Source of the DNA: Chloroflexota bacterium
GTDB taxonomy: Bacteria > Chloroflexota > Anaerolineae > DTLA01
Length of the DNA: 64,000 nt
Reading direction: 5' to 3'
Assembly: GCA_014360805.1 (NCBI GenBank)
Contig: JACIWU010000001.1
Coordinates: 3,327-67,326 of the forward strand
Below are positions 38,963-46,570 of the stretch, in pieces (within the stretch, counting starts at the first letter, position 1; each line of letters opens with the position of its first letter). The notes beneath the pieces are model-generated. The model saw only the letters and a list, made by a program, of their open reading frames with translations, was not told the origin of the DNA and did no database searches. The position numbers and the translations under genes were made by a program.

Positions 38963-39550
38963 TTGAGTTCGCCGCGCGTAGACCCGAAAGGACAAGGGTA
39001 CGTGGACATTTCCGACGCGCTTCTCCTACAACGGTGGCAGGACGGCGACGAGACGGCCTTCGCCGACATCTTCCTGCGCCACTACGGCCCACTGGTCCGC
39101 GCGCTACGAAACCTGCTCGGCTCCACCGACGAGGCGGAGGACATCGCGCAGGAGACGTTCTGGCGGCTCTACCGGCATCCGCTGGCCGCAGAACGAGAGC
39201 ACAACCTGGCCGCCTGGCTCATGCGCGTGGCGACACGCCTGGGCTACAATGCACTGCGAGAACGGGCGCGGCGGGAGCGCAGGCAGGGCGTGTGGCAGCA
39301 GCAGGTGGAAACCACACCCAATCCGGAGACGGAAGCCCTTCGGCAGGAGACGCGGCGAGAGGTGCAGCAGGCCTTGGCCCGAATGCCATTCCGCCAGGCG
39401 CAGATACTGTTCCTGCGGCACCAGGGATACGCCTACGCGGAACTCGCAGAAATCGTCGGGGTCAAAGTCTCATCAGTGGGAACGTTGCTTGCCCGCGCCG
39501 AACGCACCTTCGCCAGACACTACCGCGGCGACGCGCCGGGCAGCATGTGA
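38963..39550 (+). CDS. ECF-subfamily RNA polymerase sigma factor
   Basis: Region 2 (DIAQETFWRLY) and region 4 (AELAEIVGVKVSSVGTLLARAE). The start is uncertain (TTG 38963 or GTG 39002). Confidence 0.82.
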   Translation: MSSPRVDPKGQGYVDISDALLLQRWQDGDETAFADIFLRHYGPLVRALRNLLGSTDEAEDIAQETFWRLYRHPLAAEREHNLAAWLMRVATRLGYNALRERARRERRQGVWQQQVETTPNPETEALRQETRREVQQALARMPFRQAQILFLRHQGYAYAELAEIVGVKVSSVGTLLARAERTFARHYRGDAPGSM

Positions 39551-39571
39551 AGTTTGCGAGAGGAGGCAGAG

Positions 39572-40711
39572 ATGCACATCCCTGAAGGCACTCTCCGCGC
39601 ATACCTGGACGAGCAAACATCGTCCGAAGAAACGCGCACCATCGCCGAACATCTCCGCGCATGCGTCGCGTGCCGCGAGCGGCTGGCGAGGCTGGAAGCC
39701 CGCCGCAGCCACGCCGCAGCCGCCATGTCCACCCTGCAGCCCCCGGAGGACCGCGTGCCCACCCATCCGTCCCAGGCCCTCGCGCGGTTCCGCCAGCAAC
39801 ACAACGTCCACGAACACAACGAAAGGAGACACGCTCCCATGAGAAAGCACAACAACCTGGGCCGCTGGAAGCCCGTCTGGATCGGCCTCGCGGTCCTTGT
39901 CATCGCATCGCTGTTCATCTTCTACCCGCCATTGCGGACGGCGGCCTCGGACTTCCTGGGCATTTTCCGTGTCCGCAAGTTCGTCGCCGTGCCCATCAAC
40001 GTGTCGGCGCTGGAGAACCCGACGTTTGAGAACCTGCTGCAATCCGCGTTCTCGGATCAACTCACCGTCACCAAGGAACCAGGGCCAGCGATCCCCGTCG
40101 CCTCCCCCGAGGAAGCATCCGCGGCCCTGGGGTTCGCGGTGCGGCTCCCGTCGGCACTGCCCCAAGGATACACGGCCCAGCCCAGCATGAGCATCCAGGG
40201 CGAGTTCGCATTCCGCGCGCGTGTGGACATGGATTACGTGCTGGCCGTTCGGGAGGCCCTGGGCAAGACGGACGTCCCCATCCCGCCGGGGTTGGACGGG
40301 GCGGTGCTGGACGTAACCGTGCCCAAGATACTCGCCGCCAACTACACATCGGAGTGGGGTTGGCTCACCGTAGTCCAGGCCATGTCGCCCGAGGTTCAGT
40401 TGCCGCCGAACCTGGACTTGCAGCAAATCGGCGAGTTTGGCCTGCGACTGGCCGGCATTCCGGCGGATCAGGCCCGCCAGATGGCTGCGGTCATTGACTG
40501 GGCCAACACGCTCATCATCCCTGTGCCGCTGGGCTACGCCTCTTACGAAGAGGTAACCGTGGCAGGCACGCGCGGCGTGCTCATCAGTGACAGCGCAGAG
40601 GAGGCTTCCGGGCACTACCTGCTCGTCTTCGCCAAGGATGGCATCGTGTACGGGCTGGAGGGGGCGGCCTCGGCGCAGGAACTGCTGGCCGCCGCCGAGT
40701 CCATGTTCTAG
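39572..40711 (+). CDS. Anti-sigma factor: zf-HC2, single TM, periplasmic DUF4367-like domain
   Basis: HLRACVACRERL zinc-finger motif. TM helix WIGLAVLVIASLFIF. GAGGAGG RBS. Located immediately downstream of the ECF sigma gene. Confidence 0.72.
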   Translation: MHIPEGTLRAYLDEQTSSEETRTIAEHLRACVACRERLARLEARRSHAAAAMSTLQPPEDRVPTHPSQALARFRQQHNVHEHNERRHAPMRKHNNLGRWKPVWIGLAVLVIASLFIFYPPLRTAASDFLGIFRVRKFVAVPINVSALENPTFENLLQSAFSDQLTVTKEPGPAIPVASPEEASAALGFAVRLPSALPQGYTAQPSMSIQGEFAFRARVDMDYVLAVREALGKTDVPIPPGLDGAVLDVTVPKILAANYTSEWGWLTVVQAMSPEVQLPPNLDLQQIGEFGLRLAGIPADQARQMAAVIDWANTLIIPVPLGYASYEEVTVAGTRGVLISDSAEEASGHYLLVFAKDGIVYGLEGAASAQELLAAAESMF

Positions 40712-40739
40712 GGTGAGGGGCACTCGCGGGCCACACACC

Positions 40740-40935
40740 TCACCCCCGACCTTCGGCCACCCCCTCTCCGCTCGCGGAGAGGGGGATTGAGGGGTGTGAG
40801 GCCGGCATGGGCACGGGGCTAAACCCCCGCGCTCAAGGAGCAAAGCCCCTTCGGGGCTGCGAATAGCCCGCAGGGCTTCGCCCATTCAGCCCGATGCTTC
40901 AGCGTCGGGCGGGCTTGGGAGAGGGTTAGGGTGAG
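40740..40935. repeat. Composite REP-like element: three successive hairpins homologous to 9612-9720, followed by the 52-nt core of the 4424-4690 tandem repeat and a GAGGG-rich tail
   Basis: Perfect 12-bp palindrome ccccctctccgc/gcggagaggggg (40760-40785). ggggctaaacccc hairpin. agccccttcggggct hairpin. Then agcccgcagggcttcgcccattcagcccgatgcttcagcgtcgggc (40868-40913). Confidence 0.55.
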
Positions 40936-40957
40936 GGTTCCGCCGCGCCCCTGGCCT

Positions 40958-40986
40958 TTGGCATTCTAGGCGCCCTATGGTAAACT
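40958..40986 (+). promoter_or_regulatory. Sigma70-type promoter giving a leaderless or near-leaderless transcript for the ABC-2 exporter operon
   Basis: TTGGCA (40958-40963), 17-nt spacer, TAAACT (40981-40986). ATG at 40993 is only 6 nt after the -10 element and has no RBS. Confidence 0.45.
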
Positions 40987-40992
40987 GACGTT

Positions 40993-41916
40993 ATGACCAC
41001 ATCGCTCGCCATTGAGACCAGTAGCCTCCGCAAGGAGTACGGCCCCAAAGTGGCCGTTGCCGACCTGTCGCTCAGCGTCCAGCGCGGCGAGATATTCGGC
41101 TTCCTCGGCCCCAACGGCGCAGGCAAGACCACCGCCGTGAAGATGCTCCTGGGGCTCATCGCGCCGACCGCGGGCGCGGGGCGAATCCTGGGCCGCCCCC
41201 TCGCCGACATGGAAGTCCGCCGCAAAGTCGGATTCCTCCCTGAGCACTTCCGCTTCTACGACTGGCTTACCGCACGGGAGTTGCTCCACTACCACGGCAG
41301 GCTCCTCGGCATGACGGATGCGGCCTGCCGCGCCCAGATTCCCGAACTCCTGAACATGGTGGGCCTCCTTCGCCACGCTGACCAGCGCATCAAAACCTTC
41401 TCCAAAGGCATGCTCCAGCGCGTGGGACTGGCCCAGGCGTTGCTCAACGACCCCGAACTGGTCTTCCTGGACGAACCCACGTCGGGCCTTGACCCTATCG
41501 GGCGACGCATGGTGCGCGACGTCATCCACCATCTGCGCGAGCGTGCCTGCACCGTGTTCTTGAACTCGCACCTCCTCAGCGAAGTGGAGATCACCTGCGA
41601 CCGCGTGGCGTTCATCCGCGAGGGGGTCGTCGTCCGCACGGCCAGCCTGCGCCAACTAGCACAGGGCGAGACTGCCGTGCGCATCCGCGCTGCGGGCATT
41701 ACGCCCGAGACCCTGGACGGCCTGAACCGTTGGGGCCGCGAGATTCGCGCCGACGGCGAGCACATCCACATGGTCGTGGACGAAGAGGACAGCCTGCCTG
41801 CCATCGCCAACTGGATCGTCGCCAGCGGCGCGCGCCTGTACGCCCTGACGCCCGAACGCATCTCCCTGGAAGACCTGTTCATGCAGATTGTGGGCACTTC
41901 GGGAGAGACCGAATGA
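40993..41916 (+). CDS. ABC transporter ATP-binding protein (ABC-2 type)
   Basis: Walker A (GPNGAGKTT), signature (FSKGMLQRV) and Walker B (LVFLDEPTSGLDP) motifs. Confidence 0.88.
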   Translation: MTTSLAIETSSLRKEYGPKVAVADLSLSVQRGEIFGFLGPNGAGKTTAVKMLLGLIAPTAGAGRILGRPLADMEVRRKVGFLPEHFRFYDWLTARELLHYHGRLLGMTDAACRAQIPELLNMVGLLRHADQRIKTFSKGMLQRVGLAQALLNDPELVFLDEPTSGLDPIGRRMVRDVIHHLRERACTVFLNSHLLSEVEITCDRVAFIREGVVVRTASLRQLAQGETAVRIRAAGITPETLDGLNRWGREIRADGEHIHMVVDEEDSLPAIANWIVASGARLYALTPERISLEDLFMQIVGTSGETE

Positions 41917-42749
41917 ACCGCATCGCGCTCATCGCCCGACTCACGTTCCACGAGGCGCGCCGCCGCAAGATCATGTGGGCGGCCGTCCTACTCGGCCTCG
42001 CCTTCCTCGCCATCTACGCGCTGGGACTCTACTTCCTGCGCGGCGAAATCCTTGAGGGGATGGAGCGGTACCCGCAAGGCACGCTCACCGGCCTCAACAT
42101 GCTCGTCATGATGGCGCTGTATGCGGTGAACTTCCTCATCATCGTGATGACCGTCCTCACATCGGTGGACACCGTCGCAGGCGAAGTGGCCTCTGGCGCC
42201 ATCCACGCCATCGCCGCCAAGCCCATCCGCCGCGCCGAAATCCTCCTGGGCAAGTGGCTGGGATTCGCCGTCATGCTTGTCCTGTACGCGGCCCTCATGA
42301 TCGGCGGGGTCGTGCTGGCCACCCGACTCCTCACCAACTACACGCCCCCGAACGTCCTGCGCGGCAGCCTGCTGATGATCCTGGAAGGATTCATCGTGCT
42401 GCACCTGTCGCTGCTCGGCGGCACGTTCCTGTCCACGCTCGCCAACGGCGTCTTCGTGCTCGGACTGTTCGGCGTCGCCTTCATCGGCGGGTGGATGGAG
42501 CAGTTCGGCGCGATGATGCACAACGAGACCGTCGTGAACATCGGCATCCTCAGCAGCCTCATCATGCCTTCCGAGGCCATCTGGCGCTGGGCGGCGTACC
42601 TGATGCAGCCGCCCATCCTGCGGACGTTCAACGTCAGCCCGTTCGGCAGCAACGCACAACCCAGCCTGGCCATGGTGGTGTACACGCTGGCGTACCTGGC
42701 TGCCGCCCTGGCGTTCGCCATTCGCAACTTCAGCCGCAAGGACCTGTAG
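41913..42749 (+). CDS. ABC-2 family transporter permease
   Basis: 278 aa, 6 TM. ATGA overlap with the ATPase gene. Confidence 0.75.
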   Translation: MNRIALIARLTFHEARRRKIMWAAVLLGLAFLAIYALGLYFLRGEILEGMERYPQGTLTGLNMLVMMALYAVNFLIIVMTVLTSVDTVAGEVASGAIHAIAAKPIRRAEILLGKWLGFAVMLVLYAALMIGGVVLATRLLTNYTPPNVLRGSLLMILEGFIVLHLSLLGGTFLSTLANGVFVLGLFGVAFIGGWMEQFGAMMHNETVVNIGILSSLIMPSEAIWRWAAYLMQPPILRTFNVSPFGSNAQPSLAMVVYTLAYLAAALAFAIRNFSRKDL

Positions 42750-42871
42750 GCTCACGAGGAACCGCGAACCCACGCGAATCTCGCCTTCGCGCCACCCGCG
42801 GTTTGCCTTGCCGCGCCTTTGTGCTACACTTCGCTCGCAAGTCTCGATTCGCGACGCGGAGGCATAACCCC

Positions 42872-43345
42872 ATGTCGGGCATCGTCAGAAACACACGCGC
42901 GGCCTGGCCCATCTGGGCGGCGCGGGTTGCCGTCGCCGTCGTGTGCGCCTGGAACCTGTCGGCGGCGTTCCCGTTCACCCTGGCCCCGGCCCGCTACGCC
43001 CCCGCCTTTGAGGTGATCGGCGCTGGCGGCGAGGCTCTCGTGCGCGGGATGGGCATCCTGTTCCTCATGTGGCAAGTGCCGTTCCTGCCCGTCATCCGGC
43101 ACCCCCGACGCCATCGCGCTTGCTTCCGGGTCATCCTCGCCATGCAAGCCATCGGCCTGGCCGGCGAGACGTGGATGCTGGCGACGCTGGTGCCCGGACA
43201 CGAGGCCCTCCGCGCCACGGGCATGCGGTTCGTCGCCTTTGATGCAGCGGGGTTGGCGCTGCTCGCCGCCGCCTACGCCCTCGCGCGAAGGGCGCCCGCA
43301 GGCCGGGCTTCCGGCCCGCCTACGGGCTCTCGCAGTATGGCCTGA
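42872..43345 (+). CDS. Hypothetical membrane protein (4 TM)
   Basis: 157 aa from ATG 42872 (GGAGG RBS). Hydrophobic helices. Confidence 0.5.
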   Translation: MSGIVRNTRAAWPIWAARVAVAVVCAWNLSAAFPFTLAPARYAPAFEVIGAGGEALVRGMGILFLMWQVPFLPVIRHPRRHRACFRVILAMQAIGLAGETWMLATLVPGHEALRATGMRFVAFDAAGLALLAAAYALARRAPAGRASGPPTGSRSMA

Positions 43346-43371
43346 CGCCGCCTGCCCGTGCAGCCACCCGC

Positions 43372-43400
43372 TTGACGCTTGAACCGATGGAGGCTAAACT
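43372..43400 (+). promoter_or_regulatory. Sigma70-type promoter candidate for the first GT39 gene
   Basis: TTGACG (43372-43377), 17-nt spacer, TAAACT (43395-43400). Confidence 0.45.
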
Positions 43401-43443
43401 CCACACACCGACCCATGCGAATACTGCATATCGGAGGATTCCC

Positions 43444-44958
43444 ATGACAACCGAAACCCGCGATACCCGGCTTGCATGGCTGCGACGGCACCACGAGGTC
43501 ATCCTCCTGGGCATCATCCTCCTCGCCGCCCTCGCCCTGCGCCTGTACGGCCTGGAGCGCAGCAGCCTTTGGCTGGATGAACTGATGCAAGTTCAGGCCG
43601 CGCGCCGCCCGTGGTGGGCCGTGCCAAAGGCCGCCCTGGGACATGATGGCTCAGCGCCTCTAGACTACCTTATCACGCACTTCGTGTACTACCACATCGG
43701 CCGCTCCGAGGGCATCCTGCGCCTGCCGGCCGTGCTGTGGGGCGTCCTCTCCGTCGCAACGGTTTACTTCCTCGGCAAGCGCATGTTTGACAAGACGACG
43801 GGATTCCTGGCCGCCGCGCTCCTCACCATCCTCCCGTCCCACATCTACTACTCGCAAGAGGTGCGCCCGTACAGCCTACCCGCGCTCATGGTGCTGCTGG
43901 CGACCTTCGCGTTCTACCATGCCGTGAGTAGGAACACCCGTGGGGCATGGGCGCTGTACGGGATTACCCTGGTCATTGGGATGTACTCCCACTACTACGT
44001 GGCCATTGTGGGCATTCTCCACGGCGCGTACCTGGTGCTGATGGCGCTGGCGAAGCGCCTGCCGTGGAATCGCCTGCTCCCGTACGTGGTCGCGGCGTGC
44101 GCGGCGGGACTGCTGTTCCTGCCCTGGCCCCTGTCGGACACGATCACGACATCCCAAACTTTTCGCATGCCGGGCGTAGGTACCTTGTTCTCCGCACCGT
44201 TTGTGTCCACAGGGGTGAACTACAAGTTCACCCTGTTACATCCGCTCACGTGGTTTGCAGGGTTCGTGTGGCTTTCCGCACTTGCGGGAGTCGTTCTAGT
44301 TATCACGGGAGGCTCGGCCGCACGGAATAACATAGGGCTCCTTGCTGTGGTCGTTCTATTCGGACTAACAGCGGTTGTCACACTGGACTACACAGCACCC
44401 TACTTCTTCTCCACCCGCCAATTCCTTCCCTTTGCGCCGCTGCTGATACTCCTGGGGTCGGCGGGGGCGCTCGCCATCGTTCGCGCCGTGTCGCGACGCC
44501 TGGCGCCGCACCTGCCCGGCGATGCCGTCGCGGCCGCGGCCGCTGTCGTACTCGTCCTCTTCGCTGCCGGAACTCTTTCCGGCGCGCTGTCGGACATCTA
44601 CCGTTACAAGAAGGAAGACTGGGGAACCGCAAGCCGGTATCTAATCCAGTATGCCCACCAAAACGATGTCATCATCGCTCGCCATCCGTATTTCAAATAC
44701 TACTACGCACCCGAACTAGCCAACCAGATTATCGCGCTCACAGACGTGGGTACAATCCAGACCCAGGCCAACAAACATGCCCGCGTGTGGATCCTGGCGG
44801 AAACCGTGTGGCGCAGATATGGCTACGTGCCCGACGTGGTCGCGTGGATCGAAGCCACAAAACCGCTGGAAGTCAAGAGGTTCAGCGGCCTGCGGCTCTA
44901 CCTCTATTCCGCCACACTCACGCCCCAGCAATTGGAAGCGACTCTGAAGCAGTGGTAA
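43444..44958 (+). CDS. Glycosyltransferase family 39 (PMT/ArnT-like GT-C) membrane protein, paralog 1
   Basis: 504 aa. Multi-TM N-terminal core with a DE motif in the first loop (LWLDELMQV). The N-terminal 240 aa and the final 20 aa are nearly identical to the downstream paralog. Confidence 0.8.
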   Translation: MTTETRDTRLAWLRRHHEVILLGIILLAALALRLYGLERSSLWLDELMQVQAARRPWWAVPKAALGHDGSAPLDYLITHFVYYHIGRSEGILRLPAVLWGVLSVATVYFLGKRMFDKTTGFLAAALLTILPSHIYYSQEVRPYSLPALMVLLATFAFYHAVSRNTRGAWALYGITLVIGMYSHYYVAIVGILHGAYLVLMALAKRLPWNRLLPYVVAACAAGLLFLPWPLSDTITTSQTFRMPGVGTLFSAPFVSTGVNYKFTLLHPLTWFAGFVWLSALAGVVLVITGGSAARNNIGLLAVVVLFGLTAVVTLDYTAPYFFSTRQFLPFAPLLILLGSAGALAIVRAVSRRLAPHLPGDAVAAAAAVVLVLFAAGTLSGALSDIYRYKKEDWGTASRYLIQYAHQNDVIIARHPYFKYYYAPELANQIIALTDVGTIQTQANKHARVWILAETVWRRYGYVPDVVAWIEATKPLEVKRFSGLRLYLYSATLTPQQLEATLKQW

Positions 44959-44992
44959 GATGTATTATGAACCCTTGCAAGGGAGGATTCTC

Positions 44993-46501
44993 ATGACAAC
45001 CGAAACCCGCCATACGCCACTCGCATGGCTGCGACGGCACCACGAGGTCATCCTCCTGGGCGCCATCCTCCTCGCCGCCCTCGCCCTGCGCCTGTACCAA
45101 CTGGAGCAGGACAGTTTCTGGATTGACGAACTGACCCAAATCAACCATTCCCGCGTGCCGCTCCTTCGGGTATTCAAGGCCGCCCTGCTTGATGATGGGA
45201 GCACACCCCTAGACTACCTTGTTACCCACTTCGTGTACTACTACATCGGCCGCTCCGAGGGCATCCTACGCCTGCCGGCCGTGCTCTGGGGCGTCCTCTC
45301 CGTCGCGACGGTTTACTTCCTCGGCAAGCGCATGTTTGACAAGACGACGGGATTCCTGGCCGCTGCGCTCCTCGCCATCCTTCCGTCCCACATCTACTAC
45401 TCGCAAGAGGTGCGCCCGTACAGCCTACCCGCGCTCATGGTGTTGCTGGCGACCTTCGCGTTCTACCATGCCGTGAGTAGGAATACCCGCGGGGCGTGGG
45501 CGCTGTACGGGATCACCCTGGTCATCGGGATGTATTCCCACTACTACGTGGCCATTGTGGGCATTCTTCATGGCGCGTATCTGGCGCTGATGGCGCTGGT
45601 GAAGCGCCTGCCGTGGAACCGCCTGCTCCCGTATGTCATCGCGGCGGGCGCGGCGGGACTGTTGTTCCTGCCCTGGGTACTGGCAGACCAGTTCAGATCG
45701 GGCTATGCGTTCCAGATGCCCAGCAAGAGCGTCTTGCTTTCGGCAGCCTTCGTACCCCGCGGCGGCGATGCCCTCATCGCAAACTTCCGCCCGCTGACCG
45801 TATTCGTGGGTTTCGTCTGGGCCTGTGTGCTGGTGAGCGTGGGCTTGAGCATCAGGGGTGGCTCGGCCGCACGAAATAACATGGGGCTGCTCGCACTGGT
45901 AGTCCTCGGCGGAATGGCCGTGGCAGTCGTACTGGACTACCTGGGTTCCCACTTCTTCCCCACTCGCCATTTCCTTCCCTTTGCGCCGCTGCTGATACTC
46001 CTGGGGGCGGCGGGGGCGGTAGAAGGCATGCGCGGAGCAGCCCGTTCCGTCCGCAGAGAGCCGACGGAGGCCATGAACACCCTCATAGTAGTATTGCTCG
46101 TGGCACTCGCAGCATGGACGCTGGCAACACCGATTTCGGAGGTGTATCGGCACAAGAAGCAGGATTGGCGCGGTGTAGGGCGATATCTTCTTCGTAACGT
46201 CGCACAGGGGGACGTAGTACTCCTCCGCATGACATTTGATGTGGAATTCTACGCACCTGAGTTGAAAAACCATATCCAGCCCCTTCGCAGTCTGAAAACC
46301 ATCCAAGATGCAGCAAAAGCCCATCAGCGTGTGTGGATAGTGGATTGGTCAAGCGCGCTCCGGCGCTACGTGCCCGATGTGGCCCATTGGCTGGAAGCGG
46401 AAAAGCCTCTGCGAATCCGAGGGTTCACCAGCATGGAACTCTACCTCTACTCCGCCACACTCACGCCCCAGCAATTGGAAGCCACCCTGAAGCAGTGGTA
46501 A
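44993..46501 (+). CDS. Glycosyltransferase family 39 (PMT/ArnT-like GT-C) membrane protein, paralog 2
   Basis: 502 aa. FWIDELTQI DE motif. The 5' 750 bp and 3' 80 bp are near-identical to paralog 1, and the middle periplasmic part is divergent. Confidence 0.8.
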   Translation: MTTETRHTPLAWLRRHHEVILLGAILLAALALRLYQLEQDSFWIDELTQINHSRVPLLRVFKAALLDDGSTPLDYLVTHFVYYYIGRSEGILRLPAVLWGVLSVATVYFLGKRMFDKTTGFLAAALLAILPSHIYYSQEVRPYSLPALMVLLATFAFYHAVSRNTRGAWALYGITLVIGMYSHYYVAIVGILHGAYLALMALVKRLPWNRLLPYVIAAGAAGLLFLPWVLADQFRSGYAFQMPSKSVLLSAAFVPRGGDALIANFRPLTVFVGFVWACVLVSVGLSIRGGSAARNNMGLLALVVLGGMAVAVVLDYLGSHFFPTRHFLPFAPLLILLGAAGAVEGMRGAARSVRREPTEAMNTLIVVLLVALAAWTLATPISEVYRHKKQDWRGVGRYLLRNVAQGDVVLLRMTFDVEFYAPELKNHIQPLRSLKTIQDAAKAHQRVWIVDWSSALRRYVPDVAHWLEAEKPLRIRGFTSMELYLYSATLTPQQLEATLKQW

Positions 46502-46502
46502 A

Positions 46503-46514
46503 CCCCTTGCGGGG
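46503..46514 (+). terminator. Short GC hairpin (CCCC TTGC GGGG) immediately after the GT39 paralog 2 stop, a weak terminator candidate
   Basis: Perfect 4-bp stem with a 4-nt loop, 2 nt after the TAA. No U-tract. Confidence 0.25.
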
Positions 46515-46570
46515 GATGCGGCGCGACGGCCGGCCACTCGCGCGCCTGCCCGCGCTGAAAGGAGGCACCT

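Noticed and set aside
40760-40785. Perfect 12-bp palindrome after the anti-sigma gene as an intrinsic terminator
   Set aside because: There is no U-tract, and it belongs to a dispersed family with further hairpins. It is classified as a REP-like repeat instead, though it could still act as a transcript 3'-end stabiliser.
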